Origin: a virus
Lineage: Duplodnaviria; Heunggongvirae; Uroviricota; Caudoviricetes
Virus record (IMG/VR): IMGVR_UViG_3300033073_001175
Coordinates: 1 to 64,000 of that record
Length of the DNA: 64,000 nucleotides
Direction: 5' to 3' (one strand)
A model generated the notes under the pieces. It was given only the letters and a program-made list of their open reading frames with translations, was not told the DNA's origin and did not search any database. This document shows positions 17,417-26,686 of this stretch, one piece after another. A program made the position numbers and the translations under genes. Within the stretch, counting starts at the first letter, position 1. Each line of letters opens with the position of its first letter.

Positions 17417-18802
17417 TTAACTTACATAATAAAATCCATTACCCTCATCACTTAATTTTTCTCGTAATCTTTCAGGTATTTTTACATTAGGATTACTTTC
17501 TTTTAAGTTAATGAAAGCTAACCCAGGAATATCTGCAATTGATTCAGGTAGACTATCTAATTGTTTATTACCTGGTATTGCCAAGAAGTTAAGGTTTTGC
17601 ATTTTACCAATACTTTCAGGTAAACTCTTAATAAGGTTTTGGAATAATAAAGCGGTGCATTGAGTAAATCTTCCTAATGACTCAGGTACATCTAATGCAA
17701 TGTTTTCCTTTGATTTATTATTAATTAAAAGGTGTTCAATGTTGTCAGGTAAACTTTCAAACAATTCTTCAAAACCATAAAGAGCTATAAATTTACCTGC
17801 CGAACTTTCAGGATAGTTGATTTCAACTTTATTAGTACCTTTAGTAACTAAACCTTTAGCAAATTCAGGTTTGAAGAATTCTTTAAGTTCGGACATTGGT
17901 CCGTTTAGATATTCCACAAGATTAATTTGTCTATCATGTCTATCCATAAATTGACTTGATGGGAAATGGAATTGGTATCTTTCCTGAGGTAATCCTGTTT
18001 TTTTACCTACCTGACCTTTATCGTCATTAGGGAATACAACATATAATGGACCATCTTTAATATAACCATTAAAGTAAGTTAAACCTGGTGATGATGTACA
18101 CCATCTTGATTCACCTTGGTCGTATTCATGGAAACCTCCATACCAAATTGCCGCATCTTTACCAATTTGTCCTTGGTCTTCAACTTTAATTAAAGTCCAA
18201 TTAGGTCCTTCAAATAATATTTGACCTCCAGCATGTTTAAAACCTTCTCTTGATTTTTTGGCTTCTTTTTTCTCCAACTCAGCCTTCTTCTTTTCAGGGA
18301 TTTGGAAATCTTTCAGAGTATCGAATAAAGTTCTTGGTGTGAACTTATTAATATCTCTTTGGTCTTGTGGTAAATATTGTTTCGCTCTTTCAAACTTCTT
18401 TAAGTCGTCAGTTGTCTTATACAAGTCTTCCATGTATAATCTTCTATATTCACCAATCGCATTTTTAAATTCACGGCTAGCAAAATCTAAAGGTAGATTT
18501 TCAGGTAGGTCTAACTCATTTTGTTTAGGGTTAGCGAAATTCTTAAGTAACCATTGTACATATTTCCCTACTTTAACATTTTCCATATCATTAATTGATG
18601 CTCCTTCAATGTCAAAGTTTTCAGGTGCTTTAGTTGTTGGGTCAGCAAATATGATTGTTTTTAATGTGTCAAAATCCATAATACCTTTAGCGGCTTTATT
18701 CTTCTCTAAAGCCTTAGGATTTGGTTTAGTATATTTGTCATAAACAACTTGGAACCTTGTTTGTTCCACAATAAGTTTAGATAAAAGTGAAGTAATTTTC
18801 AT
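17417..18802 (-). CDS. Leucine-rich-repeat (LRR) protein with a large uncharacterised N-terminal domain
   Basis: C-terminal bacterial-type LRRs LPESIGKMQNLNFLAIPGNKQLDSLPESIADIPGLAFINL; N-terminal 330 aa unassigned (contains GGFHEYDQGESRWCTSSPG). Confidence 0.7.
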   Translation of the reverse strand: MKITSLLSKLIVEQTRFQVVYDKYTKPNPKALEKNKAAKGIMDFDTLKTIIFADPTTKAPENFDIEGASINDMENVKVGKYVQWLLKNFANPKQNELDLPENLPLDFASREFKNAIGEYRRLYMEDLYKTTDDLKKFERAKQYLPQDQRDINKFTPRTLFDTLKDFQIPEKKKAELEKKEAKKSREGFKHAGGQILFEGPNWTLIKVEDQGQIGKDAAIWYGGFHEYDQGESRWCTSSPGLTYFNGYIKDGPLYVVFPNDDKGQVGKKTGLPQERYQFHFPSSQFMDRHDRQINLVEYLNGPMSELKEFFKPEFAKGLVTKGTNKVEINYPESSAGKFIALYGFEELFESLPDNIEHLLINNKSKENIALDVPESLGRFTQCTALLFQNLIKSLPESIGKMQNLNFLAIPGNKQLDSLPESIADIPGLAFINLKESNPNVKIPERLREKLSDEGNGFYYVS

Positions 18803-18832
18803 TTCTAAGTTTTATTAATAAATATTCAGTCT

Positions 18833-19675
18833 TTACAAATAGTTCATTATTAGTATCTCTTCTCCCATATTTTGTTTTTCGCCTTTTTTAGCTGCCGCGG
18901 CTTTAGCGAATTGTTTTGACTCCCATCTATATTCGTCTTTAGGGAACCACTCAGATAATAGTGGGAAGTCATAATAGGATAATGAGAATTTACCTTTCAT
19001 TTCTTTTAGAGTATTTGCTAACCTTTCATGGTCATTTCTATCAAAATCGTGATTCGAGTAATAGTTCTCAGTTTTCCAATATGGTGGGTCTAAATAAATG
19101 TAGGTTGTCGGGTTGTCGTACTTTTTAATTACGTCAGCAAAATCCATATTCTCAACGTCAGTAATTTTTAAAAAATGTTCAATCCAATCAGGTTTACTCA
19201 ATTTATCCCTAAAGGTTAGATATTTTGATTTGTATTTACCTTTTAAATCAATATAAGATGAAGTTTCAGGTTTTGACCCGCTAAACACCTGAGTGAGTAT
19301 ATAAACGTATTTTGCCGCCACCTCATAATCATAAGGGTTTACGCTGAAATCTTGTTTAAAAATTTCAGCCTGAAAGTTTATGAATTGTTCTTTTAAATGT
19401 TGTGGAGTAACATCCACTCCAAATTGTTGACATTCGATTGAATTTATTGCTCGTAAAAGTTCTTGTGGGTTCTTAACACATTGAAATAAATTATAATTTA
19501 ATGGGTTAAAGTCATTATAAACAACTTTACTAAGGTTTGGATACTCTTTTAAATCCATGTTAAAGAAACACCAAAACATCCCTCCGAATGTCTCAACATA
19601 TGTTTCCATGTTTTTGTCATAGAAAGGGACTATCCACTTTCCTATTTTGCTTTTTCCTCCGATATATGATAACAT
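18833..19675 (-). CDS. Dam-like (D12 class) N6-adenine DNA methyltransferase
   Basis: N-term SYIGGKSK (cf. Dam WAGGK) and DPPY motif (YIYLDPPYW). Confidence 0.8.
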   Translation of the reverse strand: MLSYIGGKSKIGKWIVPFYDKNMETYVETFGGMFWCFFNMDLKEYPNLSKVVYNDFNPLNYNLFQCVKNPQELLRAINSIECQQFGVDVTPQHLKEQFINFQAEIFKQDFSVNPYDYEVAAKYVYILTQVFSGSKPETSSYIDLKGKYKSKYLTFRDKLSKPDWIEHFLKITDVENMDFADVIKKYDNPTTYIYLDPPYWKTENYYSNHDFDRNDHERLANTLKEMKGKFSLSYYDFPLLSEWFPKDEYRWESKQFAKAAAAKKGEKQNMGEEILIMNYL

Positions 19676-19791
19676 GAGTTAAATATAGATAAGTTTTTTC
19701 TTAAAAGGAAGACCCATACACAAAATATTTTTTGATAATACTTAATTTACATTCTACTTAAAAATGAGTATTATTAAATAAAAAAATAACT

Positions 19792-19938
19792 ATGGAAAAC
19801 GAAACAAATTGTAAAAAATGTAAGAAAAAAGGTCTTAGTAGTACCCACTGGGTAATGGTTACATTATCTGTATATATTTTATTTTCCTCAATTTATGGTA
19901 CAATACAATTAATTAAATTATTAATTAACAACATCTAA
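19792..19938 (+). CDS. Possible small membrane protein (48 aa, N-terminal CxxC + C-terminal TM) not in the ORF track
   Basis: ATG at 19792 in a 245-bp gap; [48 protein letters not shown]; convergent overlap with the dnaJ 3' end. Confidence 0.2.
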   Translation: MENETNCKKCKKKGLSSTHWVMVTLSVYILFSSIYGTIQLIKLLINNI

Positions 19939-20856
19939 AGTCCTCTTAAATTTAACGAATAGTTTAATAAACAAATCCCCATTACCATTCTGACCTCTGA
20001 ACCCTTTTGATTTAACTCTTAAGGGTTTAGACGTATCAAAATCTTCAGGTAATTTAATAAACAAATCACCAGATGGGTGTGGTAAATTAAAACCTGTTTT
20101 ATTTAAATCTTCCAAATTCAAAAAAGCACTATAAACTAAATCGTCACCCGCCTTTTCAAAATTATCTTCAGGTTTTACAATAACCCTAATTACTAAATTA
20201 CCATATATTCCATTATGGTAATCCCCCTTACTTTGCATTTTAAAGAATTGACCATCATCAACTCCATGAGGTAGTTTTATCTTGATACTTTCAAATTCAT
20301 TTTTAGTTCCTTCACCGTGACAGGTTCCACATTTTGTTTTAAAAATATCCCCTACACCTCTACAAGAATTACAAGGTTGTCTAAATGTTTGAGTAAATAA
20401 CCCCGTACCCATAGTAACAGTGGTAAAACCAATGCCATTACAAGTTTTACATGTTGTTTTTTCACCACCTGCGCCACCGCAAGAATCACATGCGTGTTTT
20501 CTTTGGTAGTTAATGATTTTATCAGATGAATTAAAAGATTCTAAAGTACCTATCTCAACTTCTATTATTTTATCTGGAGCTCCTCTTTTTCTTTGATTAT
20601 AGAATGAACCGAACATTTCATCAAATGAACCTCCACCCATGTTGTTAAATGGATTTCTTCTACTATTATCGTATTGAGCTCTTTTAGATTGGTCACCTAA
20701 AGTGTCGTAAGCTTCGGATATTTTTTTAAATGTTTCTTCAGAACCTCCTTTGTCAGGATGGTGTTCAACCGCTAACTTACGATAAGCTTTCTTTATTTCG
20801 TCTTGTGTGGCGTTTTCATTAACACCAAGTATACTGTAAAAATTATCCTGATTCAT
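19921..20856 (-). CDS. dnaJ: Full-length DnaJ (Hsp40) co-chaperone
   Basis: J domain with HPD (YSILGV ... [10 protein letters not shown]), G/F region, four CxxCxGxG zinc-finger repeats ([32 protein letters not shown]), C-terminal domains. Confidence 0.9.
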   Translation of the reverse strand: MNQDNFYSILGVNENATQDEIKKAYRKLAVEHHPDKGGSEETFKKISEAYDTLGDQSKRAQYDNSRRNPFNNMGGGSFDEMFGSFYNQRKRGAPDKIIEVEIGTLESFNSSDKIINYQRKHACDSCGGAGGEKTTCKTCNGIGFTTVTMGTGLFTQTFRQPCNSCRGVGDIFKTKCGTCHGEGTKNEFESIKIKLPHGVDDGQFFKMQSKGDYHNGIYGNLVIRVIVKPEDNFEKAGDDLVYSAFLNLEDLNKTGFNLPHPSGDLFIKLPEDFDTSKPLRVKSKGFRGQNGNGDLFIKLFVKFKRTLDVVN

Positions 20857-20862
20857 TTACTA

Positions 20863-20919
20863 TATTTATTTATAACCAAATTATGTTATATTTTATGTTT
20901 ATAACCAAAATAAGTTATA
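20863..20919. promoter_or_regulatory. Direct repeats in the divergent intergenic region (candidate operator/promoter elements)
   Basis: TTTATAACCAAA at 20868-20879 and 20898-20909 (30-bp spacing), with TTATGTTATA/TAAGTTATAT flanks. Confidence 0.3.
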
Positions 20920-20920
20920 T

Positions 20921-21577
20921 GTGATGGAACACACACAAAATTATCTAATAGTTCTTTTTAAAAATAAAACAAAAAAGAAAATAATCAATAAATTTAAAAC
21001 CTTAAAAAAGGTAAATGAATTTTATAGTTCATTACTCAAAAAAAGTGATGAGGTTTTATTCCCTGTAGGTTATGAGAATGGTGTTAAGTCAAATTATGAA
21101 ATAGCTATTCTAGAACGTAAAGATGGTCCTTATAGTAGTTTATTTAGTAAAGATGAATTTGGTAGACAAGTAAAAGTAGAATTATCGGATTCGGATTTTA
21201 AAATTACAAAAATTAATCCCTACTTTACTGAGGAGTCATTTATAGACTACTCCACTAATAAAAAGATAACCACCGTAGAATTTATAAAAAAATATCTAAA
21301 GAAAGATGGTTATAAACTAGTATCAAAATTAAATAATAAAATAGTTGTACAAGTTGATGACGTTTTTAATTTATTCACTTTAAAAAACGTTGATGATGCC
21401 GATAGATTTATCGACATAATAACTGAAAAATTTAGACAGGAAAAACGAATCGATTGTATATTTGTTAAGGATTATACAACATCCCAACGAAAATATCTTT
21501 ATGAATTATTAATTAACAAAGGTTATTCTAAGACTTATCTTCAGAGACATTCAACAACTCATCCTTCAAAAAAATAA
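20921..21577 (+). CDS. Hypothetical protein (218 aa); lone plus-strand gene
   Basis: ORF only. Confidence 0.5.
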   Translation: MMEHTQNYLIVLFKNKTKKKIINKFKTLKKVNEFYSSLLKKSDEVLFPVGYENGVKSNYEIAILERKDGPYSSLFSKDEFGRQVKVELSDSDFKITKINPYFTEESFIDYSTNKKITTVEFIKKYLKKDGYKLVSKLNNKIVVQVDDVFNLFTLKNVDDADRFIDIITEKFRQEKRIDCIFVKDYTTSQRKYLYELLINKGYSKTYLQRHSTTHPSKK

Positions 21578-21779
21578 ATTCAATACCTGAAATATCCACT
21601 TTGAACTGTGTTGAATTTCTATCAAAGTTATTAACTTGTGCTTTTGTAAAGTTAAAATCTTCTTCATTTAGTGAAAATACTACCACAGATTTTCCTTTTG
21701 GAAAAACTTCACCTATTGATTCCGATATCATCGCAAATTGCGTTAGGAGCCCATTAACATTATCTTTAGCCTTTTCCAT
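21528..21779 (-). CDS. Hypothetical small protein (83 aa)
   Basis: ORF; 50-nt convergent overlap with 20921..21577, so the start may be later. Confidence 0.3.
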   Translation of the reverse strand: MEKAKDNVNGLLTQFAMISESIGEVFPKGKSVVVFSLNEEDFNFTKAQVNNFDRNSTQFKVDISGIEFIFLKDELLNVSEDKS

Positions 21780-21934
21780 ATACTTATTTTTTCAGGTTTT
21801 TTAGGGAGTAAATCTTCCTTTTTTATTTTTTTTATTTTATTGATAAAATCTTGTTTTTCTTTCTCTAATTCAATTTTATCTTTATTCATTTCCCTCTCTA
21901 ACCATTCCAGTTGTTGCTCTGACTTCTTCTTCAT
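21743..21934 (-). CDS. Hypothetical small K/E-rich protein (63 aa)
   Basis: ORF only. Confidence 0.3.
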   Translation of the reverse strand: MKKKSEQQLEWLEREMNKDKIELEKEKQDFINKIKKIKKEDLLPKKPEKISIWKRLKIMLMGS

Positions 21935-22322
21935 CGTCTTCTAATTGGATTTTAGCAGTTTTAATGTCAAATTTTAGATTTTTAAGATTATTTAAATTTG
22001 TTTTTTCAAAGAGTCCTTTTAGTTCTTCCACTTTGCTTTGGAAAAGTCTTTCTTTTTCTTCTCTGTCCAAATTATGTTTAATAATATTCTGTATATTTTG
22101 ACTTAATGTTTCAATGTCATTTTCTTGTATTTCACAAACAAATGAAAATAATCTTTCATTTTGAGTTTGTGATTGTTGTTCAACAACTTTACTCTCATCC
22201 ACAAATTTTTTAGGTAACTTCCAATTAGTTGGGAAACTAACATCAAAAGTAAGATAATTTTTTATCTTCCTAACTGATTGTAGATATGGGAACAGAGTTG
22301 AAAATTCTTTATATAAACTCAT
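21882..22322 (-). CDS. Hypothetical protein (146 aa)
   Basis: ORF only. Confidence 0.45.
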   Translation of the reverse strand: MSLYKEFSTLFPYLQSVRKIKNYLTFDVSFPTNWKLPKKFVDESKVVEQQSQTQNERLFSFVCEIQENDIETLSQNIQNIIKHNLDREEKERLFQSKVEELKGLFEKTNLNNLKNLKFDIKTAKIQLEDDEEEVRATTGMVREGNE

Positions 22323-22324
22323 AA

Positions 22325-22534
22325 TTATTTTGTTATTAAATATGTTAAACAGTAAGATACTGTAATTCCCAAAAATATAAGTTCCCTACCACTAAACTCC
22401 AAGGGTTTAGGTGGGGTTTGTGATAGGGCTCTTATAAAACTAAACACCGTTCTAACAACGGTTAAAACTGAAAATATAAAAAAGAATAAAAATATACTAT
22501 TTAAATTATTCATTATCAGTTTTTTTTCTTTCAT
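22325..22534 (-). CDS. Small membrane protein (69 aa)
   Basis: Two hydrophobic helices; overlaps the histone-like gene by 29 nt. Confidence 0.3.
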   Translation of the reverse strand: MKEKKLIMNNLNSIFLFFFIFSVLTVVRTVFSFIRALSQTPPKPLEFSGRELIFLGITVSYCLTYLITK

Positions 22535-22688
22535 CTAAGATTTCGCTTCTCAATGTTTGTAACAGAGCTTTTAATTCTTGAGCAACTTTTCTAGCTCTTG
22601 TACCAGCACTTTTATTTCCTTTTGAAAATTTTGTTACGTCTACCGAAAGTTCTTCAGTCAATGATTTGATTTTTTCTAAAGTTTCCAT
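22506..22688 (-). CDS. Bacteroidetes-type histone H1-like (Hc1-like) DNA-binding protein
   Basis: KFSKGNKSAGTRARKVAQELKALLQTLR matches the KGNKAAGTRARK core of Bacteroidetes histone-H1-like proteins. Confidence 0.55.
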   Translation of the reverse strand: METLEKIKSLTEELSVDVTKFSKGNKSAGTRARKVAQELKALLQTLRSEILDERKKTDNE

Positions 22689-22767
22689 TTTTTTTAAAAT
22701 TGTTTATCTTTTTATTAATACAAAAGTTAATTTTTTTTACCGTATAGTAAATACTACGACACTTTTT

Positions 22768-23235
22768 TTATATTGACATGTGTTTATCCATCATTTTATA
22801 TATGGTCGATATCATATCTAAATCTGACTTAGTGAATGGTTTTTTCATATCAAATAAGTCATCAAAAAAACCTTCGATTGATTTCCTTATTTTGTCTTCT
22901 TTTTGATTGTAGAAAATTTCATCGAAAAAGGATTTGAAGTAATCGAAATGTTCTCCTCTACTATCGAAAGAGACCCCTTCTTTTTTAAAATTATCGATTT
23001 GCTTGTCCCAACACCATTCAAAATGTTTTGTGTTATCTTCTTCAGTTAATGTGATTTTAGTTTCATTAGACTGAGGTTGTTCACCCAAATAGGTGTCAAT
23101 AATTAAAAGATTTAAGGAGTGACTAAAATCTGAATATAATTCCAATTTTTCAGGAATAATATTATTTCCCTTGAACCATATATCAACGTCTTCAGGGGGT
23201 AATGGTTTGGTTACGTAGTTAAAAAAATTCTCCAT
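22768..23235 (-). CDS. Hypothetical protein (155 aa)
   Basis: ORF only. Confidence 0.45.
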   Translation of the reverse strand: MENFFNYVTKPLPPEDVDIWFKGNNIIPEKLELYSDFSHSLNLLIIDTYLGEQPQSNETKITLTEEDNTKHFEWCWDKQIDNFKKEGVSFDSRGEHFDYFKSFFDEIFYNQKEDKIRKSIEGFFDDLFDMKKPFTKSDLDMISTIYKMMDKHMSI

Positions 23236-23283
23236 AAGATTGTTCTTATGGAGAAAATATAATAACTAATATAGAAATGTATA

Positions 23284-25077
23284 TTATTGAGTACTTCTAT
23301 TGTACTTCATAAGTTCTGAAATTCTATTAAATTCCTCATTTAATATTTTTTCTTCTTTAGTATTTGAGGATTCATTGGTAACTCTAACTCCGTCTCCGTC
23401 TGAATACCCAGCACTTTTGTCTTTAGTTGTAAAAATAGGTTGCGGTGCTTTATTCGCCGCCTTCTTAGATAAGATATCTAATTTGTGAGCTTTTTGTTTT
23501 TTCACAAGTTTTTTATTAACATCTGTTTTTACAGAGTTTGCATACTCATCACTATTCCCTGTTTTAGAAGAACCACCAATTATTTTTTCCATCCATTCTT
23601 CATTAGGGTGAATTTCGTCATAACTAATGTTTTCTTGTCCTGGTCTTAAATAATCGTCAATGAATTCTTGTCCTTCATTATCCATATTAAATCCTTTGAT
23701 TTTTTTATGTTTAATTTGTCCATTACTCATCGGGAAATCTTTTGGGTTTGCATCATACTCACCTTCGGAACCATACTTAACATATTCCTTCATTTTTTTG
23801 TTAGTGTCAGACATAGCATCTTTATTTTCTTTACCTGAACCTTTAAACGCTCTTTCATATTCAGACATACCTTTAGGTTTAGCTAAAGCTTTTAAACCCT
23901 TGCTTTCTTTTTCACTAATTAAATTTTCAATTAAATTAACAAGTTCACTTTCTGTTAATTTAACAGATTCTTTAACTTTTGCTTTACCTTCACCTTTCCA
24001 ACCTTGTTTAGCTCTTTTAGCAAAATACAATTGACTCATTTTAGTTTTGTCAGCGTGAGAAACTTTTTTACCTGATTCTTGTGTTTTATCGTTTTTTGCT
24101 TTTTGTTTTTTAATAGCCGCGTTTAATTCTTCAATAGACATGTCAGAGTACTCACCTGTTTGTTTAACATCAACATTACCTTTCCATTTTTCTGACATTT
24201 CTTTTTTATGGTTACACTTACAGTTTTTCATACCACATTTATCACACACACCTTTTTTGTTTTCGTTAACATGATATTTTTTACCGTCAACTTCAAATTC
24301 ATCACGGTGGTGTTTCTTAGCATTTGCAAGTGCTCCTGTAAAGGCGTTACCTTCATCCATATCAGTTTCATCCATATGTCTTTTACTTCCTTTTCTTAAC
24401 ATCTTGAAGTCTTCAGCATCGATTCTACCGTTGTGATTTTTATCTATATTTTTTTGTCTACCATGAAGTTTTTCATTCATATTCATTTTCATAGAAGCTA
24501 AATCTTTCATAGCCGACTTACCTGTACATTTTTCTCTATATCTTTCGTCTTGAGGTCCAAACATTCTTTTTTGATATCTACAAAATTCAGAATTTTCCTC
24601 ATCTTTTTCATCATCCTTTTCTTCCTCAAAATCAAAATCAAGAACATCGTCCTCTTCTTCAATATAGTCAAAAGATTGTTCTTCATCTCCAAATGGTTCA
24701 GCATAATCATCGATACCCTCATCCATTTTAGGTAGTCCACATTCCATACACATACCTTCAGAAACCATAGTATTACTACCACACTCACATACTTCAGAGT
24801 CACCCATTTCTATTTCATAAAGTGGTTCTTCATTTAAATCGTCTTCTTCTTCATTGTCATATTCAATTTCAATATCGTCCATTGGTTGTTTTAATAACGC
24901 CTCAATTTCTTTATCAGTCATTTTAGCCAAATTAATTTTACCAAATCTAGGGTGTCCATCGTCCATACCACCTAACTCGTTTATTTGAGACATGATTTCG
25001 TCAGCCTTGTCATTTATATTTTCATTGATGAATTTTTTCACCAACTTATCAATGTATTGATTGTTAACTTTTTTCAT
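23284..25077 (-). CDS. Hypothetical K/D/E-rich protein (597 aa) with zinc-ribbon-like CxxC pairs
   Basis: VCECGSN ... CMECGLP and CDKCGMKNCKCNH; low-complexity charged sequence. Confidence 0.55.
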   Translation of the reverse strand: MKKVNNQYIDKLVKKFINENINDKADEIMSQINELGGMDDGHPRFGKINLAKMTDKEIEALLKQPMDDIEIEYDNEEEDDLNEEPLYEIEMGDSEVCECGSNTMVSEGMCMECGLPKMDEGIDDYAEPFGDEEQSFDYIEEEDDVLDFDFEEEKDDEKDEENSEFCRYQKRMFGPQDERYREKCTGKSAMKDLASMKMNMNEKLHGRQKNIDKNHNGRIDAEDFKMLRKGSKRHMDETDMDEGNAFTGALANAKKHHRDEFEVDGKKYHVNENKKGVCDKCGMKNCKCNHKKEMSEKWKGNVDVKQTGEYSDMSIEELNAAIKKQKAKNDKTQESGKKVSHADKTKMSQLYFAKRAKQGWKGEGKAKVKESVKLTESELVNLIENLISEKESKGLKALAKPKGMSEYERAFKGSGKENKDAMSDTNKKMKEYVKYGSEGEYDANPKDFPMSNGQIKHKKIKGFNMDNEGQEFIDDYLRPGQENISYDEIHPNEEWMEKIIGGSSKTGNSDEYANSVKTDVNKKLVKKQKAHKLDILSKKAANKAPQPIFTTKDKSAGYSDGDGVRVTNESSNTKEEKILNEEFNRISELMKYNRSTQ

Positions 25078-25101
25078 TTCTTTTTTATTTAATAAATATC
25101 A

Positions 25102-26004
25102 TTATTTATTCAATTTATGTTTTTGGTATTCATAAAATATGATATTCTTAATCATATTCTCACTAATACCTTGTTTACGACTAACATTTTTAATTACCTC
25201 GAGTAAATCTTCATTCTCATTTGTAAGTTTTAAAGCCTTGACATCACCTTGATTACAATATGGGAATTTCTTACACTTTTTCTTAACTTGGACAAACTTA
25301 CCTCCAGGTATTTGTGTTTTAGATTTACCTCTCCAATCTTTCTTATTCATAGATTTCGCCCAAGCTGCAGGTGTTAAATAAGAACCTGCAGAACCTGAAC
25401 CTGTTGCTTCAGTCGCTTCAATTTTTTTAACTTCGTCTGGCATGTCCTCACTCTCTCCCATAATAGGTAACATCGAGGTTGTTTTACCTATTGGGGTCTT
25501 CATTTTTTTGGTACCGATTAACTTATCAACATCACTCTTTTTAAATGTTCTTTTGATAACGTCATTTTCTTTTTTCTTAGATTCTTTAGTTTCTATTTTT
25601 TTAGGTGCTTCATCGGAAAACATTGTTAATTTAGGAGCTTCAAAATTTTCTTTATATATCTCTTTACCAATCTCCTCTAAATCTTTTTTATTAACTGAAA
25701 ATAGTGGTGCTGAAAAAGCCCCTGAAGAACCTGAACCAGTCATTTCTTTTTGTTCACCTTTTTTCTTTTTACCTTGGCAGTGCGCCTTTTGAGAAAAACC
25801 TTTAGGATTATTACAATCGATACTTTTTTTGTATTTTTCGGACCATTTTTCTTCAAGTTCCTCGTCCTCTTGAATTCCTTTAAGCATACTGTTTGCCGAG
25901 CTTAGGAACTCGGTTCCACTCATCTTTGACGCCATATCCCCAAACTGATTGGTCATAGCCGCTCTTAATGATTTTCCTATTTTTGATTCTTCTTCGTTAA
26001 TCAT
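25102..26004 (-). CDS. Hypothetical Lys-rich protein (300 aa)
   Basis: ORF; GSGS(A/S)G repeats. Confidence 0.5.
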   Translation of the reverse strand: MINEEESKIGKSLRAAMTNQFGDMASKMSGTEFLSSANSMLKGIQEDEELEEKWSEKYKKSIDCNNPKGFSQKAHCQGKKKKGEQKEMTGSGSSGAFSAPLFSVNKKDLEEIGKEIYKENFEAPKLTMFSDEAPKKIETKESKKKENDVIKRTFKKSDVDKLIGTKKMKTPIGKTTSMLPIMGESEDMPDEVKKIEATEATGSGSAGSYLTPAAWAKSMNKKDWRGKSKTQIPGGKFVQVKKKCKKFPYCNQGDVKALKLTNENEDLLEVIKNVSRKQGISENMIKNIIFYEYQKHKLNK

Positions 26005-26005
26005 A

Positions 26006-26251
26006 TTACGCTCTTCTTAATCTTGGTGACCATGTACTTCTTTGGGTCCACATGTATTCATAAAACTCGGTAAAAACTCTTATGACGATTTCTTTAGCTT
26101 CAGTTTCTAATTTACCCTTCCTAAGTTCTTTGGCCATTATATCAATAATTTTATCTTCATATTGTTTCATAGTATTACTACCTATAAAATCTTTAACCTC
26201 TTTTTTTATTAGAGTCTCAATTTCTTTTTTATCTGATGCCGTAAGTGCCAT
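26006..26251 (-). CDS. Hypothetical protein (81 aa)
   Basis: ORF only. Confidence 0.4.
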   Translation of the reverse strand: MALTASDKKEIETLIKKEVKDFIGSNTMKQYEDKIIDIMAKELRKGKLETEAKEIVIRVFTEFYEYMWTQRSTWSPRLRRA

Positions 26252-26685
26252 TATTTAAATGCTATTATATAAATTAATGTTGCAGATATAAATCCTGTAA
26301 TTGATTCGACAACAATATGTTTAGTTCTCATTTTCTTTATGTCACCTCTGAGATTTTTGTTTTCCTCATAGACAATTTTAAATTTCTCTTCAGTTTCATT
26401 TATAACAACTGTTGATAAGCTATCTTTTTGATTTAAAGAATTTATAACGTTATCTTTTTCAATAATTTTTTTATTTAATTCTGTAACTTCTTTTTCTGTT
26501 ATTTTTAACAATTCTTTATTTTTGTCACACTCATTTAAATCTAACAAAATTTGTCTACCAACTTCTACAGGAAAACAAAGTTTTGTTGTGTCAATTTTAT
26601 TAACGGGAGTTGTACGATTGTTATTAGTTTGTGCCGAACAAATTGTGGACATCAAAATCATTAAACTAATTATTATACTTTTCAT
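26251..26685 (-). CDS. Signal-peptide/lipoprotein-like protein with coiled coil and C-terminal TM helix (candidate unimolecular spanin-like lysis protein)
   Basis: Start at MKSIIISLMILMSTICSAQ (signal peptide ending in Cys), central coiled coil, C-terminal ITGFISATLIYIIAFK. Confidence 0.4.
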   Translation of the reverse strand: MKSIIISLMILMSTICSAQTNNNRTTPVNKIDTTKLCFPVEVGRQILLDLNECDKNKELLKITEKEVTELNKKIIEKDNVINSLNQKDSLSTVVINETEEKFKIVYEENKNLRGDIKKMRTKHIVVESITGFISATLIYIIAFK

Positions 26686-26686
26686 T

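Noticed and set aside
18258-18743. 161-aa plus-strand ORF
   Set aside because: It is antisense within the LRR-protein gene.
23660-24803. Several plus- and minus-strand ORFs (23660..24034, 24208..24399, 24507..24803, 24550..24735) inside 23284..25077
   Set aside because: They are shadow ORFs within or antisense to the long K/E-rich gene.
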